From the NCBI GenBank assembly GCA_012862495.1, contig BLSG01000011.1:24413-63500 (forward strand): a stretch of DNA of 39,088 nt. The letters are read 5' to 3'. The notes beneath the pieces are model-generated. The model was not told the origin of the DNA. It did no database searches and saw only the letters and a program-made list of their open reading frames with translations. A program made the position numbers and the translations under genes. Positions 11,194 to 21,977 of this stretch are shown here, piece after piece; position 1 is the stretch's first letter; each line of letters begins with the position of its first letter. The DNA is from Thraustochytrium aureum. Taxonomy: Eukaryota.

Positions 11194-11897
11194 TTCTGAA
11201 TACTGATTAAGATTGTTCTATTATTCGTTCTTGAAATCGAATCAAAACCTGTGTGATCCACTCTGAGAGGGCGCTCCACCTTCAGCGCCCGCGAGTAGGT
11301 TCCCCACACCTCACAATAAATCTAGAGCTATCCATGCACATCGCTGCCGGTCCCCAGAGGCGCACCACAGTAATCGCTGCCTTCCCCCACAAAAACTCAG
11401 CGACCGCCCCTATTAGCGGGTTCCCCTCAACCCGCAAACCTCAAAGCTGAACAGCGCACATCTCTGGCGGTTGTTAGAGGGGCCCCACAGTAACAGCGGT
11501 CGTGCCTCACAACAGGTCAACGACCACCCAGCCACCAGCACCTTTCGGCCTTTCTGTCTCGCGAGATGCGAGCAGGCGGCGAGCGGGCAGACGCCCATCG
11601 CGCCGCCAGCCTCGCGCCTAGCCGAGGGCTCTGCGAAGCGAAGGGGCGCGCGCGAGAGCGAGCCGGCCGGCCTGCGCACTCGCCGCGAGCGGGCCAAGCG
11701 GGCGGGTAGAGGTGTGCGGCGCGTGCGGGCTCGGGCTTTTGCGAGACGGGGCATTCGCGCACCGCGTTGACGCATCTCTGCGGCAGCGGAGTTGGCACCC
11801 ACGGCAGACCCCCGATCGTGCGGAAGCGGGCACTGCTGCACCAGGGAGGGCGCTGTGCGCGCGGCTGGACGGCGGGTTGAGGTTGGAGCGGTCAAGG

Positions 11898-13083
11898 ATG
11901 ATGCGGAGGTCGGTCGCGGGCTTGGGCCCGGTTGCACGCGCGGTGCTCCGGTGGCAGCCGCTGCTGCCGAAACCGCAGCTGCAGAGCAACTCGGCGCCCC
12001 GCGCGCGACGTGGCGACCCCCCGTGCCGCGCGACTGCTCACGTCTCGTACGAGCACTCTCATGGTAGAGTACAAGGATGCCCTGCTGCAGCTTGGCGTCA
12101 AGGACTCGGCGGACCTGGAGGGGATCTCGGAGGACCAGCTGCTCAAGGCCGGGATCCCGCTCGCCGCGGCCCGCCTTCTCGTTAGCGGGATCAACCGCCC
12201 GAGCGCCCTCGGGTCCGCGTCGGGCGCTCCATCTGCCGCGGTGGGGGCCATGAAAGTCCTGGAGGCGTCGCCAGCAAAGAGCGCGATGATATACCTGAAC
12301 GACATGGGCCTGGTTCGCGGGGACCGGCCCACCGCCCAGATCTTCTTCTCGTCCGTGCTCGGGGGCTGCTTCATCTCGTGGGGCGCAGCCATGTACCTGT
12401 CGCTGGGCGGCGGCACGGCGGAGTTTCTGGCCGCTGCGCCTGGGCTGCACAAGATTGTCGCGGCACTCATTTTCCCGATCGGGCTTAGCGCGATTGTGAT
12501 TTCCGGGACTGACATGCTCACGTCCAACATGATGTACTCGACGCTCCCCTTTGCGTCGCGGGACCCGCGCAAGACCGACGAGGAGAAGGCCGCGAGCCTG
12601 GGCCACCTCTGGGCCGTCTCGGGCGTAGGCAACTTTGTGGGCTGCTTGGGCATGGCTTGGGCCTGCTCGCACTTGCTTGCAGGGACGCCGGCCGTTGCGT
12701 TTGCGCAGGCCCTGGCCGTCAAGAAGACCTCGATGCCGATGGCTGTCGTGTTTGCCAAGGCCGCTGGGGCCAACTGGCTGGTCAACTTGGCCATCTTCCA
12801 GGCGACCACGGCCAGCACGACCCCCGGCAAGATGGTGGCCCTCTGGCTTCCGATCACCACCTTTGTCACTCTGGGCCTCGAACACTTTGTTGCCAACATG
12901 TACTTTATCCCGCTCGGGATGATGTTGGACGCGAACGTGTCGCTCTACGACTTTGCGATCTCCAACATGCTGCCGACCTTCGCGGGCAACGCGCTCGGCG
13001 CGGGCTTCTTCGTGAGCTACCTTCATTGGAAGGCCATCATGGGCAACACCATCCCAGGCGACCAGCCGCCCGCTAGCAAGTGA
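11898..13083 (+). CDS. Formate/nitrite transporter (FNT) family channel with N-terminal extension
   Basis: FPIGLSAIVISGTDMLTSNM, GNFVG, GANWLVNLAIF, FVTLGLEHFVANMYFIP, GNALGAGFF, about 6 TM segments. Probable start ATG 11898 joins through a C-run indel at ~11997-12022; the in-frame alternative start is ATG 12061. Confidence 0.92.
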
Positions 13084-13540
13084 CGAAGCCGCTAAACTCC
13101 AGCGCGCCTCCTCTCGCTCTCGGAGCCGCACAGCGCACACCGCAAATTAGATCCCCCCAATCGCCACCGCCCGGAGCTCGCGATGTAAAGATTTGCAACT
13201 TTNNNNNNNNNNNNNNNNNNNNNNNNNNNNNNNNNNNNNNNNNNNNNNNNNNNNNNNNNNNNNNNNNNNNNNNNNNNNNNNNNNNNNNNNNNNNNNNNNN
13301 NNNNNNNNNNNNNNNNNNNNNNNNNNNNNNNNNNNNNNNNNNNNNNNNNNNNNNNNNNNNNNNNNNNNNNNNNNNNNNNNNNNNNNNNNNNNNNNNNNNN
13401 NNNNNNNNNNNNNNNNNNNNNNNNNNNNNNNNNNNNNNNNNNNNNNNNNNNNNNNNNNNNNNNNNNNNNNNNNNNNNNNNNNNNNCTCTTCTTTAGCGTC
13501 TTTAGCGGCTTTAGCGACAACGCGCCTCCTCGGTCGGTTG

Positions 13541-14740
13541 TCACAGCCTGTGGCGCGGCAGCTCGGCTTCCATCTTGCTGAAGAATGACCCGACGTCACT
13601 GGCCAGCTCGGCCGGAACTTCGAGCGCAGCAAAGTGGCCGCCACGCGCAAACGCCGTAAACTGGCGCACGTTGAAGGCTGCCTCGATCCACGCTCGCGGA
13701 GCCAGAAAGATCTCGTGGGGCAGCTCGGCGATGGCGCAAGGCACGGCGACGCGGCCGTAGCGGACCGGCGCGTCGCGGCCGAGCCCGATCGACTCAAAGT
13801 AAAGCCGGCAGGAGGACGTGATGCACCCGGAAAACCAGTAGATGCAAACATTCGCGAGCAGCATGTCCATGGAGACCGCCTCGCGCGGGTCCTTTGTGCC
13901 CTTTGTGTCGGCCCATGCCGAAAACTTTTCGGCGATCCAGCACGCAAGCCCGAGTGGGCTGTCGTTCAGCGCGTACCCTAGTGTCTGGGGCCGCGTGCCC
14001 TGGATTGCCTGGTAACCAATGCCCTCCTTGCGAAACGATTGCAGCCGTGCAAGCTTGGCGAGATCCTCCTCGCCCAGCTTGGGCGGGGCCCCGTCCTTGC
14101 TCCGCGGCGGGCCGCACGAGTGCATGTTGAGGTGGAGCGCGACACAGCCGGATGCCGGGTTGGACCCCAAGGCTTTGCAAACCTCCGAGCCCCAGTCGCC
14201 ACCTTGTGCATAGTACTCGTTGTAGCCGAGCCCTTTCATGAGCGCGTCGAGCATGTCCGCAGCGCGCCGGGTCGAGTATCCAAACTCCTGAGGTTTGTCC
14301 GAAAAGCCATAACCGGGCAGGCTCGGCACCACGCAGTGGAACCCTGCCGCCGTGAGGCGCGGGATCACCTCGTGAAACTCCCAAAAGCTCCCTGGCCACC
14401 CGTGGATGAGCAGCACGGGCCGGCGCCGCTTCGGCTCGGCGCCCTGCGCCGCTTTGGCGTGAACAAAGTGGACCGCGAGGTCATCGAACTGTGGCCCAAG
14501 CTTGGCTTTGTAGTGATCCAGCTCATTCATCCTGGATTCCGCCGCACGCCAGTCGAACGAGCCTCTCCAGTACCGAAGCATCTCGTCTGCGAACCACCTG
14601 GGCGTGCCCATGTCCCATGTCTCCTTGGCCGGCCCAGCGTCGGGCAGCCTTGTCTGGGCGAGCCGCCTTTGGAGGTCTTCCAACTCGCTGTCGCTGACGG
14701 CGACGCGAAAGCGCTCCACCTGCATCCCTGCCCCGCTCAT
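13541..14740 (-). CDS. Microsomal-type epoxide hydrolase (EHN + alpha/beta hydrolase)
   Basis: LRYWRGSFDWRAAE, LLIHGWPGSFWEF, VPSLPGYGFS, QGGDWG (nucleophile Asp), LNDSPLGLACWIAEKF, PHEI, GGHFAALE. Intact 399-aa ORF. Confidence 0.95.
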   Translation of the reverse strand: MSGAGMQVERFRVAVSDSELEDLQRRLAQTRLPDAGPAKETWDMGTPRWFADEMLRYWRGSFDWRAAESRMNELDHYKAKLGPQFDDLAVHFVHAKAAQGAEPKRRRPVLLIHGWPGSFWEFHEVIPRLTAAGFHCVVPSLPGYGFSDKPQEFGYSTRRAADMLDALMKGLGYNEYYAQGGDWGSEVCKALGSNPASGCVALHLNMHSCGPPRSKDGAPPKLGEEDLAKLARLQSFRKEGIGYQAIQGTRPQTLGYALNDSPLGLACWIAEKFSAWADTKGTKDPREAVSMDMLLANVCIYWFSGCITSSCRLYFESIGLGRDAPVRYGRVAVPCAIAELPHEIFLAPRAWIEAAFNVRQFTAFARGGHFAALEVPAELASDVGSFFSKMEAELPRHRL

Positions 14741-15342
14741 CGCCTCGCGCGCGCCAAGCCGTCGCGCCGCGACCCGCTTGCGTCTCTACTGCGCTCGAGG
14801 GCTCTGCCGCCGGGCGGTGGAGTTGCCGAGGCGCGGACGCATTCTTCTGCTCATTCCGGCCCAGGTGCGACAGCGCCCTGGCGAACCTGTCGCTGTCGCA
14901 CCACGCGCCGACAAGCCAAGTACTCTACTCACTCTGCAGCGACCGCGCAGCGGCGAGCGGCGGAGAGAGCCGCGGGGCGGCCCGCAGAGCGAGTTGCGCC
15001 AGGGTCGTCTTGCGCGCGGCACGCCTTTGGACCCCAAGTCCGCCTCGCAAGTCGTATCTTCGCGTGTCTTCGATAGGTTCTTGCACTTTGAGGCAGGGTC
15101 CTGGGGCCGCCGTGCTGCACAGGGGAGTGTTGCTTACGCGGCGCGCGATGAGGGAGGCTCGGCCACCTGCAAGATTTCCTCCTCCAAGGTCAGCCCGCAC
15201 ACATTCCGCGCTGACAACACCTTGCGAAACTAAGTTTACTCATTGATGAGAGCTGCGCGGGCGCGCGACGCAGGCCCGCATGGAAACTGCGCGCGCAGGT
15301 GCGCTCGTTCCGCCTAGAGGACGCGGCTCAAGCAGGGCCACA

Positions 15343-15995
15343 TCACGCAGCATGCTCGTTGGGCTGTCCCTTGCTCGCTCGCGCCAGGGTCGCGTCGCCG
15401 CTTTTCTCGGGCCCCGTTCCCCCTGGCGTGCCGATCCAGGACTCGGGCACGAGTTTGAGCTGCTTGTTCGGCCCCAGCTTGTGCAAGTTATGAAAGTCGG
15501 GGCGCAACCAGGTCCCCGACTTGGCATCAAAGCCTGCGCGGACCATGTGGTCGCCATCATACTTGTAAGGGTCCTCGCGCGGGCTCAGCGAACTAAAACC
15601 GATGTAGCAGATGACCCACACTGGAGTGAGCGCGACCCACGCCCAGCCCATCTTGCGCGAGAGCAGGGACTCCACAACATTAAACGTCCGCCCGCTCCTC
15701 CTGAACGAGGTTGGCGACCGTAAGGCGGGTACTTGCTCGCGCCCCTGCCCTGCCCGCGGACTCTACCAAGCCCGTTCTCGGCGTCAAAAATAGCGCGCTT
15801 GGCAGGATTGGAGAGCACCGTGTAGGCTTCTTGGACGCGCTTGAACTGGTCTTCTGCCCCAGGCGAAGCGGACACGTCCGGGTGAAGGGTCTTGCACATG
15901 CGCAGGTACGCCTTCTTCACCTGCTCCTGGTCCGACTCGGGGTCAACCCGCAGCACCCTGTACCAATTGGGCTCCTGCTCCGCGTCCCCTGCCAT
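15343..15995 (-). CDS. DnaJ (J-domain) membrane protein, one apparent frameshift at ~15682
   Basis: J domain NWYRVLRV...VKKAYLRMCKTLHPD...FKRVQEAYTVLSNPAKRAIFD. Adding one T joins it to the TM segment GWAWVALTPVWVICYIGF of ORF 15343..15675. The true start may lie upstream (Arg-rich leader to 16109). Confidence 0.8.
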
Positions 15996-16874
15996 CGCAG
16001 CGAGATGTCGGCGCGCCTTGTGAAAGTGCTCCGAATCGCCTTGGAGACCTTCCTTCGGCCTGATGAGGCTCAGCCCGCCGCGGGCTGCCCTCCGGCGCAG
16101 CGTTGGCACGCCCCAGGCAGCGCGGCGCTGCCTCTGGCCGTGCCAGACTCGCCCGCGGCTCGAGCGAGGTGTCCCAACTCTTCGTCACTTCGAACAAGTG
16201 AAAGTGGGCCTGCGTTGGGTGCGTTGGCTGTGAATTCTGCTTTGACCTTGACGCATAGTTTCGCTGCGACCCTCGCAGAATTGCGCGGCGCCCCACGGCG
16301 ACGTCGAACGCCGGAGCGTCCTCATCATCGTCCAAAACGATCGAGAAAGAGCGAGCGAGCGAGTGAGCGATGGAACAGCTCGGCGTCGCATGCCACGGCA
16401 GCAGCGCGCGACGCGGAGGCGGGTCTAGCTAAACAATGTCATGTGACGCGGGACGAGCAACTCAGGTTGGGCAGGAGTGAACCGTCCCCACGCAACCCAC
16501 AGCGCCGCAGCCGACGAGGGCGAGCACGGCGGAGGCTGCACTATGCACGCCAGGCGAACGACGAGCGCCGGAAAGAAAGGCGTCGGCTTTTGATTGAAAA
16601 TCTTTCTTTCTCAGCTAGCTATTTGGATGGAGGGGCGCAGGCGCCGAGCCCTGACGGCTGGGCGCTCTGGCTTGCCCCATGAGGCGTGCGACGGCCTCAT
16701 GAGCGAACGCAGAAGAACAGGGCCAGCTTTTGCTTGGTCGAATCCACGACGCTAAAAGCTTGGTCGAATTCACGACGCAGCAGCCGCATTGCGCGGACTG
16801 GCGTCGGTCAGGATGCGAAGACGCGGTACCGGCGAGGCAACTGATGGCGTCATGCCCGCCGTTCGCTTGGTCAA

Positions 16875-17408
16875 TCACGCGCTGCTCCGCATTTCTCTCT
16901 CGTCCTTGAGTGCGGCTGCCTCGCCAACGGCTTGCCGGGCGTCGGTGCTCTCGGGGAACGGGCGTCGGTGCTTGGCGTAGTCCTCCTGCTGGTCGCTAGG
17001 GTCTGCCTTCGAGTCCTCGTCCCTCTTGATGCCCTGCAGCGCGTCGCTGACCGGAGAGGGCTTTGACGGGTCGCGGCTTGACTCTTCTGGCGCGGGCGCC
17101 TGTTTCGCCTCGACATTTGTCGAAGCGCTCTCGGCCTCCCGCGAGATCAGTTCACGCGCATGGTTTTCCTCTTTGAGTGCAACTGCTTCGGCGACCGCAT
17201 CGCGCGCATCGAGGCTTTCCGGGTAAGGGCGGCGGTTCTTGGTGACTTCCGTCTCCCCATGGGCCTTGGACGGAATTGTCTTCTTGACGTCTTTGAGCGC
17301 CTCGGACACCGGGGCATACTCTGGCTGTTGCCTGCGCGTCGCATCGCAGCCGATCTTGCTTGCCTCATCCACGCGAAGGTGGGCTTTCACGGCGTCCATG
17401 ATCGTCAT
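16875..17408 (-). CDS. Hydrophilic 177-aa protein of unknown function with an internal duplicated motif
   Basis: Clean ATG-to-stop ORF with charged composition. Repeats PVSEALKDVKK...RRPYPESLDARDAVAEAVALKEE and PVSDALQGIKR...RRPFPESTDARQAVGEAAALKDE. Confidence 0.75.
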   Translation of the reverse strand: MTIMDAVKAHLRVDEASKIGCDATRRQQPEYAPVSEALKDVKKTIPSKAHGETEVTKNRRPYPESLDARDAVAEAVALKEENHARELISREAESASTNVEAKQAPAPEESSRDPSKPSPVSDALQGIKRDEDSKADPSDQQEDYAKHRRPFPESTDARQAVGEAAALKDEREMRSSA

Positions 17409-18597
17409 GTTGGCTATTTGTTTCGGCTGGTTCGTGGGTTGTCTGTGGCTCGGGTGGTTTGGTTGTTCTCGTTCTTGTGTAAGGTAAGTAGACGAGTCTC
17501 GATTGGGGTCTGCTGCAACCGCAAACGCGACGCCTTGTGGCGGAGCAGGTTAACTAGCCCGCGGGCTCGGAACAGCGGATTCGCCGAAACAAGCGTCGCG
17601 CGCAAGCCTCTCGGTTGCCGAGCGGTCACGTTCTCCGTTCTCACGAGCAACGAAGCAACGCTTCGCAGCCGCGAACGATTCGCAGCCNNNNNNNNNNNNN
17701 NNNNNNNNNNNNNNNNNNNNNNNNNNNNNNNNNNNNNNNNNNNNNNNNNNNNNNNNNNNNNNNNNNNNNNNNNNNNNNNNNNNNNNNNNNNNNNNNNNNN
17801 NNNNNNNNNNNNNNNNNNNNNNNNNNNNNNNNNNNNNNNNNNNNNNNNNNNNNNNNNNNNNNNNNNNNNNNNNNNNNNNNNNNNNNNNNNNNNNNNNNNN
17901 NNNNNNNNNNNNNNNNNNNNNNNNNNNNNNNNNNGATTCGCTTCCGCGAACAATGAAGCCGCTTCGCGGTGAATAGAAAAACACCCCAAACCAAAACAAC
18001 CGAACACCAGGTGCTCAGTACCGGTACTCTAGCTAGAGCGATCACCAGGCGAGCGAGCAAGCCGGGCCGTCCGTGGGCCGTTCACACATCACCACCAGTG
18101 TGCAGTAGAGTACTCTACGGGGTACCGTGTCGAGTCGATCGCGAGGCGTTGAAGATGGGCGCGGTACGGTACTCCAACTGCCGAGTACGAAATCTCGCCG
18201 TGGTCCTCGAGTCACGGTTGACGCCAAAGCGCAACTTGCTGGTCCACCCCTCACTCCATCATGAACCAGCAAGAGGGATCATCATGTCAAAAACCCCTGC
18301 AACGAGGTTGGTTCGATTGGAGGCGGTGCGCTTTCAACTTACGGAGATCGAAACGGCTTCGCAACCCACAAAGCGCTGTTCGTTCAACTCCAACATGCCC
18401 GCCGAGCGAGCAGACCACCAACCCTTGGCTGGCTTGCAGCGTGAAGTGACGACCACTTGAAAACTGCACGCTTTGAGGGCTCGAGCTTGATTCAAGAAAA
18501 GTAAGAGACGGAAAACGTGATGTTCGCGGTATTTCGGCGCCCAGCCAGTGCTCGCGGGGCCACTGTGCGCGGTGAAGGCGCCGCGGAGGCGGACGCA

Positions 18598-19433
18598 ATG
18601 GAGGTCGAAAGAGGTGACGGCGCCTTGGTGAGCTCCAAGCGCGTGACTCCGTGGTCCGCGGTTGCGAATGCCGCGGTCTTTGCTCTTGTTCCTGCTGTCG
18701 CCCTCCTGGCGCTGCCAGACGACCTGATGTTTGCGCCGCCAGTGAACCGCTCGTACTCGCACATGACCTATACCGCCTACCTCGGGTTTAGCATCGCGGT
18801 CGTCTGGAGCGCGAGGGCCGACGCTGCGCACAATGGGGACTCGCTCGGTTTATTCCAGCTGGTGTTCTCAATTGTCCACACCATCATTTGGGGTGTCACG
18901 GCCGTGTGGGGCCAGTTTGCAATCTGGTGCACGCTTTCGCTGGTGGTGCTCTACACGCAACAGACCGCGGTTCGCTGCGTACGAGAGTGGGCCGTCGACG
19001 CAGCGTCGCGGGCATTTCGGCACCTGGCGGCGCACGATGCGCCGCGCCGCGCCAAAGTGCTTTCCGTCGTATACCTGGGGCTGTCAGTTGGTCTTCTGAT
19101 CGGACCTATCACCAAGCCATGGGGGGGGCGGTTGAACCATTTGTGCGTTGGCGCCCGTACAACGAGGACGCAGAGCTCGTGTGGCGCGCAAATTTCTCCT
19201 GCTTTGTTCTCGGGTTTGTCCTCGTTTCGAGCAGCCCTGCTCGTCACTGGTCCATCGCCCTTTTCTTCGTCGCGCACTGCTTCTTCCACGGCCTCGTCAT
19301 GCTCGTGGACAACCGGATCGACCGCGACGGGAACGGCAACCCAGAGCACGCCATCGAGATCACATTCTTCTTCATGCTCAGTCTCGGCACCGCGCTCGTT
19401 GTGCTGACTCCAGGCGCGTATCGCGACGCATAG
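18598..19433 (+). CDS. Multi-pass membrane protein, C-terminal half DUF6632-like; frameshift in G8 run 19121-19128
   Basis: Several TM segments in ORF 18517..19407 continue in the frame of 18888..19433: RWRPYNEDAELVW...SSSPARHWSIALFF...FHGLVM...NPEHAIEI. The family resemblance is from memory. Confidence 0.65.
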
Positions 19434-19537
19434 TCGTGGCCGATCGTGCCTGCTCTCGTAGACTGCAAGAAAGTAAAGTACTTGGGCGAAGTGGTACTTT
19501 GGCGAGAATACTCGAGTACCTGAGCATGTATCGCTGT

Positions 19538-19659
19538 CCGTGGTTGGCAAGACGGCGTGCCAGCCGGCCAGCCGCGTGTAGCGTTGTTGACGCCTTGGCC
19601 GTGGTAGGCAAGTTGGCATGCCAGCCGGCCAGCCGCGTGCAGCGTTGTTGACGCCTTGG
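19538..19659. repeat. Two-copy 61-bp tandem repeat
   Basis: ccgtggttggcaagacggcgtgccagccggccagccgcgtgtagcgttgttgacgccttgg at 19538 is repeated at 19599 with about 5 substitutions. Confidence 0.9.
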
Positions 19660-20039
19660 ACTTGGCGCGCCTCCTCTTCCTCGTTGTTCGGGCCAGGTCC
19701 TCGCTCCATCCTGTCCTGGTCGCGCCAGATCCCCTGTCGGCCTCGCCTGCGGCCGCCATCTGCTCGCAACACAGCTGGAGCGGCGGCAGCGCGAGGGGAG
19801 GAGCGGGAGGGGAGCTGGGGCCGGGCCGGGATTGAGGAGGTTCGAGAGAGGCATTGACCGGATCGGAAGTCGAGGGTCGGCCGCGGTACGGACCCCCGAC
19901 CGACCGCGAAAGCGCTCGGCCGCGCGCTGGTCCGGTGCGAGCAAGCCAGGCGTGACGCGGAGGAGCTAGCCGGCCGCTGCCGCCCCGGGCTGCGAGTTGG
20001 CGGGCTGGCCGCGGGGCCGGCGACCGGGGCCGAGGCAGG

Positions 20040-21058
20040 ATGGGAGAACGCAAGGTGCTGCAAAAGTACTACCCGCCTGACCTGGACCCTTCCAGGGAGT
20101 TGCGGGTGCGGGGGCAGAAGAAGCGAAGCAGGGACGATGCCCAGACGATTCGCATGATGCTCCCGTTCTCGCTCAGATGCTCGACGTGCGGGCACTTCAT
20201 GCGGACCGGGAAAAAGCTGAACGCGACGAAGGAGACGGCCATCGGCATGGACTACCTGACGATCAAACGGCTCAGGTTTCGCGTGAAATGCGAGGTGTGC
20301 CGCGCCCCAGTCAGCTTTCTTACAGACCCAAAGAACTCGGACTACGAAATGGAGTCTGGCGCGACACGCAACTACGACTTTCGCACAGAGCAGCGCGCCT
20401 CCAAGATGGCCGCCATTCAAGAAGCGCAGCAAGAGCAGGGCCCGAAAGACTCGATGCAGGCCCTAGAGAGCCGCATGCTAGACTCGCGCAAGGAGATGGA
20501 CGACCTCGACGCGCTCGAGAGCCTGCGCAGGAGGAACAGGACGCGGGAACGCGTGGGCGCAGCCGACGCTCTTGCGGTGGCTGGGACAAACCCGGAGGCC
20601 GGCATTGTTGCGAGCGGGGCGGTGCTCGTTTCTCAGGCCCCGCAAGTGAGCGAGCAACTGGGCGGACTTGCGGGTTCTTCGTCGGAAGGCCATCATGACG
20701 ACCTTGCGGAGGTCGAGGAGGATGAAGACGAGGCAGTCCAGCGCGCTTTTGCGGCCAAGCGGTCTCGCGTCCGGCGCCTTGCTGACGACAGTGATGACGA
20801 GGGCGACCTGCCATTAGGGCAAGCAGCTGGCGCGTCAGGTAGCGCTGCACAGGATCCAAACCCCGCGCACGGAGCGAGCAAGCCTGTCCCCTCCTTGCTT
20901 GATCCCGCCGTCGTTGTCGTGTCCGTGAAGGCGCGGAAGAAGCGCGGCGGGACGCTTGGGGCCACAGCGAGCGCCGCGCACAAATCCCCAAGCGGGGTTG
21001 CTTCGAGTCGAGCGGCTGGAGGCCTGGGCCTCTCGTATGCCTTGTCCAGCTCGGACGA
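20040..21058 (+). CDS. YJU2: Splicing factor YJU2/CWC16 (CCDC94); 3' end runs into gap
   Basis: MGERKVLQKYYPPDLDPS, IRMMLPFSLRCSTCG, GKKLNATKE, CEVC...TDPKNSDYEMESGATRNY, LESRMLDSRKEMDDLDALE. Confidence 0.93.
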
Positions 21059-21977
21059 NNNNNNNNNNNNNNNNNNNNNNNNNNNNNNNNNNNNNNNNNN
21101 NNNNNNNNNNNNNNNNNNNNNNNNNNNNNNNNNNNNNNNNNNNNNNNNNNNNNNNNNNNNNNNNNNNNNNNNNNNNNNNNNNNNNNNNNNNNNNNNNNNN
21201 NNNNNNNNNNNNNNNNNNNNNNNNNNNNNNNNNNNNNNNNNNNNNNNNNNNNNNNNNNNNNNNNNNNNNNNNNNNNNNNNNNNNNNNNNNNNNNNNNNNN
21301 NNNNNNNNNNNNNNNNNNNNNNNNNNNNNNNNNNNNNNNNNNNNNNNNNNNNNNNNNNNNNNNNNNNNNNNNNNNNNNNNNNNNNNNNNNNNNNNNNNNN
21401 NNNNNNNNNNNNNNNNNNNNNNNNNNNNNNNNNNNNNNNNNNNNNNNNNNNNNNNNNNNNNNNNNNNNNNNNNNNNNNNNNNNNNNNNNNNNNNNNNNNN
21501 NNNNNNNNNNNNNNNNNNNNNNNNNNNNNNNNNNNNNNNNNNNNNNNNNNNNNNNNNNNNNNNNNNNNNNNNNNNNNNNNNNNNNNNNNNNNNNNNNNNN
21601 NNNNNNNNNNNNNNNNNNNNNNNNNNNNNNNNNNNNNNNNNNNNNNNNNNNNNNNNNNNNNNNNNNNNNNNNNNNNNNNNNNNNNNNNNNNNNNNNNNNN
21701 NNNNNNNNNNNNNNNNNNNNNNNNNNNNNNNNNNNNNNNNNNNNNNNNNNNNNNNNNNNNNNNNNNNNNNNNNNNNNNNNNNNNNNNNNNNNNNNNNNNN
21801 NNNNNNNNNNNNNNNNNNNNNNNNNNNNNNNNNNNNNNNNNNNNNNNNNNNNNNNNNNNNNNNNNNNNNNNNNNNNNNNNNNNNNNNNNNNNNNNNNNNN
21901 NNNNNNNNNNNNNNNNNNNNNNNNNNNNNNNNNNNNNNNNNNNNNNNNNNNNNNNNNNNNNNNNNNNNNNNNNNNNN

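Noticed and set aside
17641..17970. Short hairpin-like GAAGC..GCTTC and CGCGAAC motifs on both sides of a gap
   Set aside because: Too short and interrupted by Ns; cannot be called a mobile element or ncRNA.
19538..19659. Repeat as a possible CRISPR array
   Set aside because: Only two adjacent copies, no unique spacers, no cas genes, eukaryotic context.
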